Shown here piece after piece: positions 7,953 to 17,210 of a stretch of 32,000 nt of DNA. The first letter of the stretch is position 1, and every line of letters begins with the position of its first letter. The position numbers were made by a program, and so were the translations under genes. The stretch is from Pseudoalteromonas tetraodonis (lineage in GTDB: Bacteria; Pseudomonadota; Gammaproteobacteria; Enterobacterales; Alteromonadaceae): NCBI RefSeq assembly GCF_002310835.1, contig NZ_CP011041.1, forward strand, positions 2,040,001 to 2,072,000, in the 5' to 3' direction. A model generated the notes under the pieces. It made no database searches, was not told where the DNA came from, and worked only from the letters and a program-made list of their open reading frames with translations.

Positions 7953-8777
7953 TTAGTGCCAAACAATAGGATCAAATTGATAAAAATCCACTAGCAAATG
8001 GTAAATTTCAGGGTCTTCACGGCGTAAATCGGCGGGTTTCTCTAAGAATGTTTCGGTGATCACCGCAAAAAACTCAGCCTCATTGGTGGCTCCATAGCTA
8101 TGTATTACATGCGGCATACTATAAGCAACATGGGTTTTTAACTGCGAAAACGCTCGGCTAAACACTCGCCCCCATTGTTGGTATTTTGCCTGTGATGCAA
8201 GTAGTGGCGTGCCGGTGGTTTTACCGGTTTCTTGATCAAGTTGATGTGCAAATTCATGAAACACTAAGTTATGCCCATCACTGGGTAAGCGGTTGCCCTC
8301 AAGCACATCATGCCAGCTAAGCACCAATGTTCCCCCCGGCCACGATTCACCTTGCCTTACTGTATTATGAAAACTGACAAGACCTGCGTTATCGCGGCTT
8401 GATTGGGGCGCGTAATACGCGCTGGGGTAGAGTAAAATTTCTTTTACGTTTTTATACAAAGGCCAAGGCTTGTTAAGCACCAGCAAGCAGGCATCGGCGG
8501 CAATAATGAGTTTCATTGCCTCCGTTAGTTGCAACCCATCGCAGCCAACAAAACGCTTTTCATTTAAAAACCACACAATATGGGATGCTAACTTGGCTCG
8601 CTCTGCATCGGTCATTTTGTTGTATATGGGCATAGCACGCAGTAACAACGTGTGTTGTTGCTCATTTAACAATAAATCACTGTATTTACGGTGCCACACG
8701 GCATTTTGAATATCAGGCCAGCGCCAAAACATTAAAATAAATACAATTAAAACAAAAATTAATAGCCCATTTATCAT
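7953..8777 (-). CDS. MtfA-like (M90 family) zinc metallopeptidase with an N-terminal hydrophobic segment
   Basis: 274 aa. It has the 'HEFAHQLD' zinc motif (E. coli MtfA 'HEVAHKLD'), and 'NEAEFFAVITETF' corresponds to MtfA 'DPAECFAVLSEYF'. The N-terminus 'MINGLLIFVLIVFILMFW' looks like a TM anchor. Confidence 0.75.
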   Translation of the reverse strand: MINGLLIFVLIVFILMFWRWPDIQNAVWHRKYSDLLLNEQQHTLLLRAMPIYNKMTDAERAKLASHIVWFLNEKRFVGCDGLQLTEAMKLIIAADACLLVLNKPWPLYKNVKEILLYPSAYYAPQSSRDNAGLVSFHNTVRQGESWPGGTLVLSWHDVLEGNRLPSDGHNLVFHEFAHQLDQETGKTTGTPLLASQAKYQQWGRVFSRAFSQLKTHVAYSMPHVIHSYGATNEAEFFAVITETFLEKPADLRREDPEIYHLLVDFYQFDPIVWH

Positions 8778-8871
8778 TGGGTCGTCCTAAATCAAACCAT
8801 TTAGCTTTAACGCCAAAATACTGCGCCCGTATTATTAAAATAGTAATGGGTGCAGTGAGGCTGTTTTTCAA

Positions 8872-11754
8872 TCACATCACTTCAGTTCGATTTCGGCCAT
8901 TGTTTTTTGCCTTATACAAAGCTTGATCAGCCCGTGATAATAATCGGTCATAATCATCAACATCACCAGAGTCAGAAACACCAAAACTCACGGTTACGCT
9001 GAGGCCTTCTGCGATATTTGAAAAGTTTTTATTTTCAATACATTTGCGTAACTTCTCGCACATTTCTTGTGCCTGCACTGCACTCGTATCGGGAAACACA
9101 AAAGTAAACTCTTCGCCACCCCAGCGAGCTACCTCTTGCTCACCTTCGCAGTGCGCTTTAAGAATGTTAGCTACTTCACATATAACCTGATCACCTATGA
9201 GGTGTGACCAACCATCGTTAATCCGTTTAAAGTGATCAATATCCATAATAGCGATAGCAAGTGATTTATTACATGCTTTAAAGTCTGAAAAGTTATCCGC
9301 CAGCCAGCCATCAAATGCGCGGCGATTCGGTAAATCGGTAAGCTGATCGTGTGTGGCTTGATACGCAAAGGCACTGGCTTGCTCTTGCAGTGCTTGCGTT
9401 TGCTTCACCACTCGACTCGTTAATTCCTTTTCAACTTGTTTATAACGATATAAGCGGTAGCGATAAGCGCTATATATCACCACCACAAAAAGAAAAAACA
9501 TAAACAACTTAAAGCTTGTTTTTTGCCAAAAGTGCGATTGAATTTCAAAGTTAACGACTTTGTGATTTTGTTGCCAATCAGTATTTGGATAGGCTGCACG
9601 TACAGCAAAAGAATACTTGCCCGCAGGTAAGTTAGTGTATTCAGCAGTCGCTATGTGTTGACGGTTGATCCATTCGTTATTAAAGCCTTCCAATTTTGTT
9701 TGAAAGTTTAATCGCTGCGGCATAATAAAGCTCAGTCCCGCGTATTGAAATGACAAGCGCGTCACCCCTGGTGGTAAAATAATAGTTTCACCGTCTATAG
9801 GTAACGACGTTGGTTTACCATCAACAGAAAAGCTTTCAACAATCGTTGGTAACGCTATTTTAGTGGCTTCTTTTAAACGTTCCGGTTTTACTGTACTCAC
9901 CCCTTTTGCGGTAGCAAACCAAATTGTGCCATCTGAATGAGCGGTTGCAGAGGGGGTTGAACCGCCATTTGCTTGTGCACTGAGCATGCCATCACCCTCA
10001 TCGTATAATTGAAAGGCGAGCGTACCTCTATTGTTAGATTTTGAATCAAGCAGCTCATTTACCTGCTTATAATTGACTTCAATAATGCCACGGTTACTTG
10101 ATAGCCAAAGTGAGTCTTTAAACTGCACAATTTGAAAAAGCTTATCAACGGGTAAACCTAATTCACGCCCTAAAATAGTCATCTTTGCGTTTGAATGCTG
10201 ATAACGAACTAAGCCGCGATCGGTAGCCATCCACGTATATTTATCGTCAATGTAAAAGCCAAACGCATATTGGGCGGCAAATTCAGCAGGAAACTCAACA
10301 GGATTAAACACGTCAGTTTGAGTGTCATAAACCACGACCCCATTACCGGTTCCTACCCAAATATTAGCTGAGTTATCTTCACTCAAGGCTAAAATAAACC
10401 CACTCGGCAGCTCTTTTTCATTAGTAAATTGGTTTAAGCTACCGTCGGTATTAACGCGTGTCAGCCCCATGGCCGAGCCTATCCACAAGCGATTTTTTGA
10501 ATCAAAAAGTAAAGATCTTACTTCATTACTACCTAAGCCATTATCACGGTTTAAATAAGGTATGAGTTCGTTATTTACCACTTTTAAAACACCCGAAGTG
10601 TATGTGCCTACCCAGACATCACCTTGGTTTTGCTCTAGTAAGCTTAATACTGAATATGGCGAGCCTTGTTTAGTGCCTTTAATATGGCTGATCTGATTAT
10701 TGTGCAGCCGATCTAACCCCGTGCTTCCGCCTATCCATAAACTGCCATCGGAATGTGACAATACCGTACGCACATAATCGCTAGATAAGCCTCGCTTTTT
10801 GCCCCACGATGAAAACGGCGCTTCTCTTAACCTAAATACACCAGCATTGGTGCCTACCCAAATACTATTTTCTCTGTCTTGTAACAAAGAAAGAATACGG
10901 TTAGCGGGTAAACCATTTTTAGCATCTAATTGCTCTAAACCATCGACGCTAAGCCTAAAAACACCTTTATTAATGGTGCCAAACCACAGATCCCCATGAT
11001 CATCTTCTAACAAACTGGAAATAGATTCCGCGTCGAGTTGTGGGTGAGGCGATTCAAATAGCTCGCCATTAAGGATTCGTGCCCCTCTTTCACTTCCTAT
11101 AATGAGTCGACCTTCACGGGTGATTAATAAGGTATATACGGGAGCATCTGGTAACCCTTGTTGTGGCGTCATCAAAGTGGGTTTGTAGTTGACTATTTTA
11201 TACAGGCCATCACTGGTTGCTGCCCATATAACCCCCTTGGGGTCTTCAATGATTCGATACGCACTGACATTTTGTATTATTGGGATGTCTTGAGTGCTAC
11301 TAGCTGAACGATAAAACACACCATCATTCTCAAGCGCTAGCCACAAGTTATCATTTTTACTTTTAAATATATGATTAACCATCGCTTGGGCAGGTGGTTG
11401 CGTGTCCCATTGGCGATGTTGATATAAGCTAATACCGCCGCGCGCCCCTGCAATAAGTAAACCGCCATCAGATGTAGGGGTTAGCGCACGTACGCCTGAG
11501 TCAGGCAAGTCAGTAATTTCGGAGCGAGTAAATAACTTAAACTCTTGGCCATTGAAGCGGGCAAGTCCTTCCCAAGTACCCACCCATAGATACCCATCTT
11601 GTGTTTGTGCAAGGCTATTAATGCTATTGTGAGGAAGACCCGTACGTGTATTCCAAGTTTCAAAAAAATAATCACGTAACGGCAAACGAGTCTGCTGTTG
11701 TGCGTCAACAGAAAAAATCACCAACAAAATACATAAAATCACTAAGCGATTCAT
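8872..11754 (-). CDS. Periplasmic two-component-regulator-propeller/Y_Y_Y sensor fused via one TM helix to a GGDEF diguanylate cyclase
   Basis: 960 aa with signal peptide 'MNRLVILCILLVIFSVDAQQ'. Many 'W.GT..G' propeller repeats. The TM helix is 'FKLFMFFLFVVVIYSAY'. The GGDEF domain has an intact 'GGEEF' (nt 9120-9106) and 'DIDHFKRIND'. Confidence 0.85.
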   Translation of the reverse strand: MNRLVILCILLVIFSVDAQQQTRLPLRDYFFETWNTRTGLPHNSINSLAQTQDGYLWVGTWEGLARFNGQEFKLFTRSEITDLPDSGVRALTPTSDGGLLIAGARGGISLYQHRQWDTQPPAQAMVNHIFKSKNDNLWLALENDGVFYRSASSTQDIPIIQNVSAYRIIEDPKGVIWAATSDGLYKIVNYKPTLMTPQQGLPDAPVYTLLITREGRLIIGSERGARILNGELFESPHPQLDAESISSLLEDDHGDLWFGTINKGVFRLSVDGLEQLDAKNGLPANRILSLLQDRENSIWVGTNAGVFRLREAPFSSWGKKRGLSSDYVRTVLSHSDGSLWIGGSTGLDRLHNNQISHIKGTKQGSPYSVLSLLEQNQGDVWVGTYTSGVLKVVNNELIPYLNRDNGLGSNEVRSLLFDSKNRLWIGSAMGLTRVNTDGSLNQFTNEKELPSGFILALSEDNSANIWVGTGNGVVVYDTQTDVFNPVEFPAEFAAQYAFGFYIDDKYTWMATDRGLVRYQHSNAKMTILGRELGLPVDKLFQIVQFKDSLWLSSNRGIIEVNYKQVNELLDSKSNNRGTLAFQLYDEGDGMLSAQANGGSTPSATAHSDGTIWFATAKGVSTVKPERLKEATKIALPTIVESFSVDGKPTSLPIDGETIILPPGVTRLSFQYAGLSFIMPQRLNFQTKLEGFNNEWINRQHIATAEYTNLPAGKYSFAVRAAYPNTDWQQNHKVVNFEIQSHFWQKTSFKLFMFFLFVVVIYSAYRYRLYRYKQVEKELTSRVVKQTQALQEQASAFAYQATHDQLTDLPNRRAFDGWLADNFSDFKACNKSLAIAIMDIDHFKRINDGWSHLIGDQVICEVANILKAHCEGEQEVARWGGEEFTFVFPDTSAVQAQEMCEKLRKCIENKNFSNIAEGLSVTVSFGVSDSGDVDDYDRLLSRADQALYKAKNNGRNRTEVM

Positions 11755-11870
11755 CAGATATTGCCTTTATAATTATAATTATTAATTTTTATATTTGGGT
11801 AAGTTTAGAGTGACAATTTAAGTTAAAAGCACTGCTGGCAAATAATAACATAAAATTTACAACTTTTTCA

Positions 11871-12533
11871 TTAATTATTATTACTTAAATTATCAAATGT
11901 ATACTGCAATTGCTTTATAAATTTAGCGACATGAAGCCCATCCAACAACGCATGATGAACATCAATAGCAAGCGGCATTTTACCTGTCTCAGTGTTGTAT
12001 TGGCCAAACACAAATTTAGGAATACCATTACTTTGACCGTGGGTAAATGCATGCGAAAAGCTGCTAAAGTTTAGCCAAGGTAATACAGAAACATGAATTA
12101 AATCTGCTTGCCCTTCAGTTGCTGCAAACGCATCAGAAAACAGTGGGTTTAATTTTGTGGTATCGCTAATAACTTTCGCCTCACGGGCAAATTCATTTAA
12201 CGACTCGTGTAATTTAAAATAACTAAAGCGAAACGACTCATCATCGGCAAGCTCGACTACACTTGCCCGCGTAGCACTTAAGTAACAAGGTTTTTGGTTA
12301 ATAATGCGCAGCATCATCGGCTCATACTGATGACAGGCTTTTAATAAGCAATAAATATAACCATGAAAAAAAGCAATATTAGCTTGTTTACAGGCGGTAT
12401 ATAACTTTTTCGCATTCAGTTGTACGCACAGATTAAAATAAGGCTGAGTGAACTGCTGAAATAACTCAAAGTGTTGCTTTCGAGGCCATTGCTCAAAATC
12501 AAGAGGGGTAATAGAAAAATCAGTAGAGGACAT
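11871..12533 (-). CDS. Type-A chloramphenicol acetyltransferase (CAT)-family O-acetyltransferase
   Basis: 220 aa. 'ITPLDFEQWPRKQHFELFQ' parallels CAT 'YTTVDISQWHRKEHFEAFQ'. The catalytic-His motif 'VHHALLDGLH' corresponds to CAT 'HHAVCDGFH'. Confidence 0.8.
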   Translation of the reverse strand: MSSTDFSITPLDFEQWPRKQHFELFQQFTQPYFNLCVQLNAKKLYTACKQANIAFFHGYIYCLLKACHQYEPMMLRIINQKPCYLSATRASVVELADDESFRFSYFKLHESLNEFAREAKVISDTTKLNPLFSDAFAATEGQADLIHVSVLPWLNFSSFSHAFTHGQSNGIPKFVFGQYNTETGKMPLAIDVHHALLDGLHVAKFIKQLQYTFDNLSNNN

Positions 12534-12535
12534 AA

Positions 12536-12583
12536 AATATAGATAAAGTGTAAAACTAAATTTTACCGTGCTTTATCTATATT
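12536..12583 (-). promoter_or_regulatory. 5'-leader stem-loop abutting the start codon of the CAT-like gene
   Basis: AATATAGATAAAG (12536-12548) pairs perfectly with CTTTATCTATATT (12571-12583). An inner stem is GTAAAA (12550-12555) with TTTTAC (12561-12566). On the mRNA, the 3' arm ends 2 nt before the ATG (12533). Confidence 0.6.
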
Positions 12584-12639
12584 CGCATTAACTAAAATGA
12601 CGCTTTGGGTGTAGTTATACCAAAGTCTTACATAAGGTA

Positions 12640-12664
12640 TAAAAAAGGAGCGTATTTCGCTCCT
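12640..12664 (-). terminator. Rho-independent terminator of the leucine dehydrogenase gene
   Basis: The minus strand reads GGAGCG-AAATA-CGCTCC followed by T6. On the plus strand this is GGAGCGTATTTCGCTCC at 12647-12663, preceded by A6 at 12641-12646. Confidence 0.8.
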
Positions 12665-12684
12665 ATTTTAAACCGAGTGGAAAC

Positions 12685-13725
12685 TTAAAGTCCGTTTTCA
12701 ATAATTTCTTGTGCCAGTTCATCGGCAATTAAATGCGTTGATTTTTGCTCTTTTTCACTACGGGTAAAAATTTCACTAAGTGTATCGTAAATTCTTTCTA
12801 CGTGTTTATTAGAAGCCTCTTTACTGTAACCCTCTGGTGCAGTTTCGTAATAAACGTTAATAATACCACCTGCATTTATTACATAATCAGGCGCATATAA
12901 AATACCTTTTTCACGTAAAATTTCACCATGGCGTGATTCAGCAAGTTGATTGTTTGCACAGCCTGCTACTATCGTTGCTTTTAAGCGTGGGATTGTTGTG
13001 TCATTAATAGTGGCACCTAATGCACAGGGTGCATAAACATCCACATCTAGGTCGTATATTTCATCAATACCAACTGCGGTTGCGCCAAAATCATTTACTA
13101 CACGTTCTACTGCAGCTTGATTAATATCGGTAACAAATAACTCAGCACCAGCTTCAGACAAATGTTTACATAATCCATAAGCTACTGCACCTAAACCTTG
13201 CACCGCAACTTTAATACCAGAAAAGTCTTGAATACTGCGTTGATGGTTAAGCGCTGCTTTCATACCTAAAAACGTACCATAGGCTGTAAACGGCGAAGGG
13301 TTACCACTTTTTCCTTCAAGGCCTAGCACGTAATTTGTTTCTTTGTTCATTAACGCCACATCATCACAGGTAATGTTTACATCTTCTGCTGAGTAGTAGC
13401 TACCATTTAGTCGCTCTAACTGGCGACCAAATGCGCGAAATAACTGCTCTGATTTGATTTCTTTGGCATTACCAATAATAACCGATTTACCACCACCAAA
13501 TGGCAAGCGTGCTACGGCATTTTTATAAGTCATCCCTTTTGATAAACGCAGCACATCATATACTGCGTCTTCATCGTTAGCATAATCCCACATTCTACAA
13601 CCGCCTACCGCAGGGCCTAAGTTTGTGTTATGTACCGCAATAATGGCCTTCAAACCAGACGCTTTGTCTGAACAAAAAACCACTTGTTCATGGTTATCAA
13701 ATTCAACTTGATTAAATACAACCAC
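12685..13725 (-). CDS. ldh: Leucine dehydrogenase (Glu/Leu/Phe/Val dehydrogenase family)
   Basis: 346 aa. Motifs include 'AIIAVHNTNLGPAVGGCRMW', the catalytic-Lys motif 'LPFGGGKSVI' and the NAD-binding 'VAVQGLGAVA'. It has a GTG start with GGAG 8 nt upstream. Confidence 0.85.
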   Translation of the reverse strand: MVVFNQVEFDNHEQVVFCSDKASGLKAIIAVHNTNLGPAVGGCRMWDYANDEDAVYDVLRLSKGMTYKNAVARLPFGGGKSVIIGNAKEIKSEQLFRAFGRQLERLNGSYYSAEDVNITCDDVALMNKETNYVLGLEGKSGNPSPFTAYGTFLGMKAALNHQRSIQDFSGIKVAVQGLGAVAYGLCKHLSEAGAELFVTDINQAAVERVVNDFGATAVGIDEIYDLDVDVYAPCALGATINDTTIPRLKATIVAGCANNQLAESRHGEILREKGILYAPDYVINAGGIINVYYETAPEGYSKEASNKHVERIYDTLSEIFTRSEKEQKSTHLIADELAQEIIENGL

Positions 13726-14104
13726 TTTAAATACTCCGAAAATAATGGGCCCTTTTGGGCAAGCACGCTACAAATTGTCGAGACTTTATCACTTCAGTTA
13801 ATGGTTCGCCACACTATGAGTAGATAAACCAAATAAAGCGCGTCAAAGTGAAAAATAAAATGACTTATCGTTAAAAGTAAGCATAAAAATTCCAAAAATA
13901 ACCATTTGATTAAGTATAAAAGCTAAAAACACCATCGCAATTAAAGCTTACGCTTACGTGAACGTCACCTTGCAGTTATTTGTAAACTTAACCATACACC
14001 CTAAAAAAGTATACTACAGCTTAAAATACAGTGGCTTATACACTAATTGCCTACGCAGCATAAACTGGTCTGAGGTGTATAAGTCTTTGCAAATGTAAAA
14101 GTAA

Positions 14105-14132
14105 ATAAAAAAGCGAGCACACAGTGCTCGCT
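14105..14132 (-). terminator. Rho-independent terminator of the fumarate hydratase gene
   Basis: AGCGAGCA (14112-14119), loop, TGCTCGCT (14125-14132). An A run on the plus strand (14106-14112) gives a U tract on the minus strand. Confidence 0.75.
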
Positions 14133-14158
14133 TATATGATTGCTTTTTAAGTAAAAAT

Positions 14159-15685
14159 TTACTTCATTTTGCTGTCTAGCTCTTCAATTTTTGCTTTCCA
14201 AATAGCAGGGCCTTGGGTGTGAGCATTTGCTCCTTCACTGTCTACGGCAACTGTTACTGGCATATCTTCTACTTCAAATTCGTAGATAGCTTCCATACCT
14301 AAATCTTCAAAGGCAACAACACGTGCTTTTTTAATAGCTTTAGATACTAAGTAAGCCGCACCGCCTACCGCCATCAAATACACTGACTGGTGCTTTTTAA
14401 TAGACTCAACCGTTGCAGGGCCTCGTTCAGCTTTACCAATCATACCCACGATGCCGGTTTTTTCTAACATCATATCGGTAAATTTATCCATACGTGTTGC
14501 CGTTGTAGGACCCGCTGGGCCTACTGCTTCATCGCCTACTGCATCCACAGGGCCAACGTAGTAAATAAACTTGTTATCAAAATCAACACCTTCAGGTAAA
14601 CCTTCCCCTGAGTTGATCATATCCTGAAGACGTTTATGAGCAGCATCTCGACCCGTTAAAATAGTACCTGAGAGTAAAACGGTTTCACCCATTTTCCATT
14701 CTTTAGTGTCTTCTTTAGTAAGAGTATCTAAATTAACACGGCGTGTGCCCTCACCCACTTCGAAAGTCACTTCTGGCCAATCTTCTAATTTAGGTGCTTT
14801 TAAATTCGCAGGGCCTGAACCATCAAGGGTAAAGTGAACGTGGCGCGTAGCAGCACAATTTGGGATCATAACCACTGGCTTTGAAGCCGCGTGAGTTGGC
14901 GCCGTTTTAATTTTAATATCAACAACCGTGGTTAAACCGCCAAGGCCTTGCGCACCAATACCTAATTTATTCGCACGTTCAAAGATTTCTAAACGCAGCT
15001 TTTCTTCTGTTGTTTCTGCGCCGCGCTCAATTAGTTCATGAATATCAACCGGATCCATTAATGACTCTTTGGCCATTACCGCTGCTTTTTCTGCAGTGCC
15101 ACCAATACCTATGCCTAGCATGCCTGGTGGACACCAACCCGCCCCCATTGTTGGTAGCGTTTTTTCTACCCACTCAGCCACATCGTCAGATGGGTTTAAC
15201 ATCACCATTTTACTTTTGTTTTCTGAGCCGCCGCCCTTAGCAGCGACCATCACTTCGACTTTATCGCCTGCAACTAAGTCAATGTGAACCACTGATGGCG
15301 TATTATCTTTAGTGTTTTTACGTGTTCCCGCAGGATCTGCAACAATCGATGCACGTAAAGGGTTATCTGGATTTAAGTACGCACGACGCGTTCCCTCATC
15401 AACCATTTGTTGTACTGTTAAGTCGGTTTTATCCCAATTAACATCCATCCCTACTTTTACGAAACAAGTGATGATCCCGGTATCTTGACAAAGTGGGCGC
15501 TTACCTTCTGCCGACATACGCGAGTTAATTAAAATTTGCGCAATCGCATCTTTAGCGGCTTTACTTTGTTCTTTGTTATACGCTTTCTCTAGTGCTTGAA
15601 CAAAATCAAGAGGATGGTAAAACGAGATGTATTGCAAGGCATCTTCAATGCTATCAATAAAGTCTTGCTGACGAATTGTACTCAT
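14159..15685 (-). CDS. fumA: Class I (Fe-S dependent) fumarate hydratase, single-chain approx. 500-aa type
   Basis: 508 aa. 'RPLCQDTGI' (a cluster-ligand Cys region) and 'IPNCAATRH' are typical of class I fumarase/tartrate dehydratase alpha+beta fusions. The C-terminal part resembles the beta-type domain. Confidence 0.85.
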   Translation of the reverse strand: MSTIRQQDFIDSIEDALQYISFYHPLDFVQALEKAYNKEQSKAAKDAIAQILINSRMSAEGKRPLCQDTGIITCFVKVGMDVNWDKTDLTVQQMVDEGTRRAYLNPDNPLRASIVADPAGTRKNTKDNTPSVVHIDLVAGDKVEVMVAAKGGGSENKSKMVMLNPSDDVAEWVEKTLPTMGAGWCPPGMLGIGIGGTAEKAAVMAKESLMDPVDIHELIERGAETTEEKLRLEIFERANKLGIGAQGLGGLTTVVDIKIKTAPTHAASKPVVMIPNCAATRHVHFTLDGSGPANLKAPKLEDWPEVTFEVGEGTRRVNLDTLTKEDTKEWKMGETVLLSGTILTGRDAAHKRLQDMINSGEGLPEGVDFDNKFIYYVGPVDAVGDEAVGPAGPTTATRMDKFTDMMLEKTGIVGMIGKAERGPATVESIKKHQSVYLMAVGGAAYLVSKAIKKARVVAFEDLGMEAIYEFEVEDMPVTVAVDSEGANAHTQGPAIWKAKIEELDSKMK

Positions 15686-15851
15686 AGTGGTTCCTTAAGT
15701 TGTTGTTACTCACGCAGCACGTAAGCGATATCAAACCCGTGACGGTGGTTCGAACTGTTTTCAACTACAGCGCTCACTAAACGCTGCCAAATAAATTTGA
15801 CTTATGATACCCTCCCAGCCCGTTTGGAGCCAGTTCTTATAGGGGTAGTAA

Positions 15852-17210
15852 ATGCTAAACAATAAAAAAAATTGTGTTGAATTAGCCATATCACAAAATT
15901 GTATTGAGGTATTTTCGCATTTTGCTCATTTGCCTTACGCCATTTTATTAGATTCGGGTGATAGTGATCACATAAACAGTCGTTTTGACATTATTGCGAT
16001 TGACCCCCAGAGCACCCTTGAAGTCGAAAATAATCAAAGCGTTTTTAATAACCAGCCAAACATAAAAAGCTGCTTTGAAATAATGAATAATGAACTGGCA
16101 AAGTTAGACAGCACTAAAGCTGCCAACAACTTACCTTTTAATGGTGGCTGGCTGGGTTATTTTGGCTATGACTTAGGCCGTACTATAGAGCAACTACCAA
16201 GCAGCGCTTTACACGACATAAATTTACCGCAAATGGCGGTTGGGCTTTACCTCGATGCACTGATTTACGATAAACAACTGCGCACGTGGTTTTATGTTTC
16301 GCAGCCCAATGTAGACCGCCTTTGGCTATATCAGCAATATTTAGCGCAACCACCTAAACACGAAAGCTTTTCGCTTACATCACCGTGGCAGTCAAATATG
16401 AGTCAGACTAGCTATAGCGAAAAGTTTGCCGCGATTGAAGAATACCTAAAAAGTGGTGATTGCTATCAAATTAACTTAGCGCAGCGTTTTAGCGCACATT
16501 ACCAAGGCTCGCCTTGGAGCGCCTATGTTAAATTAACTCAGGCTAATAAAGCGCCTTTTTCTAGTTTTATTAATCATCCTCAGGGCGCTATTTTGTCAAT
16601 CTCACCCGAGCGTTTTATTGCAGTACACGACAATAGAGTAGAAACAAAACCCATTAAAGGGACTTTACCTCGCAAAGCAGATGCCCTTGAGGATGCAAAA
16701 CAAGCGACCTTGCTGGCAAATTCGAGTAAAGACCGCGCCGAAAATGTCATGATAGTGGACCTGCTGCGAAATGATTTAGGAAAAGTCGCTAAACCGGGCT
16801 CGGTTATTGTGCCCTCATTATTTGCTATTGAAAGTTTTCCGGCGGTACACCATTTAGTGAGTACGGTCACCTCAACCCTTGATGAGGGTAAAACAGCGGT
16901 TGATCAACTGGAAGCTGCGTTTCCCGGTGGTTCAATTACAGGCGCACCAAAAGTCCGTGCCATGGAAATAATAGAAGAACTAGAACCACATAGACGTAGC
17001 ATTTATTGTGGCTCTATTGGTTACATTAGTGGCTGCGGCAATATGGATACCAGTATTACTATTCGAACTTTAGTCACACATCAACAACAAATATATTGTT
17101 GGGCTGGGGGTGGTATTGTTGCTGATTCAAAAGTCGAATTGGAATATCAAGAAACTTACGATAAAGTAAATAAAATACTTCCTATATTAAATGAAGGTCG
17201 CTTTGAATAG
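15852..17210 (+). CDS. pabB: Aminodeoxychorismate synthase component I
   Basis: 452 aa. Chorismate-binding enzyme motifs are 'SGDCYQINLAQRF', 'SPERF', 'PIKGT.PR', 'AENVMIVDLLRND' and 'FPGGSITGAPKVRAMEIIEELE'. It sits next to nudL and sdaA, as in E. coli. Confidence 0.85.
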   Translation: MLNNKKNCVELAISQNCIEVFSHFAHLPYAILLDSGDSDHINSRFDIIAIDPQSTLEVENNQSVFNNQPNIKSCFEIMNNELAKLDSTKAANNLPFNGGWLGYFGYDLGRTIEQLPSSALHDINLPQMAVGLYLDALIYDKQLRTWFYVSQPNVDRLWLYQQYLAQPPKHESFSLTSPWQSNMSQTSYSEKFAAIEEYLKSGDCYQINLAQRFSAHYQGSPWSAYVKLTQANKAPFSSFINHPQGAILSISPERFIAVHDNRVETKPIKGTLPRKADALEDAKQATLLANSSKDRAENVMIVDLLRNDLGKVAKPGSVIVPSLFAIESFPAVHHLVSTVTSTLDEGKTAVDQLEAAFPGGSITGAPKVRAMEIIEELEPHRRSIYCGSIGYISGCGNMDTSITIRTLVTHQQQIYCWAGGGIVADSKVELEYQETYDKVNKILPILNEGRFE

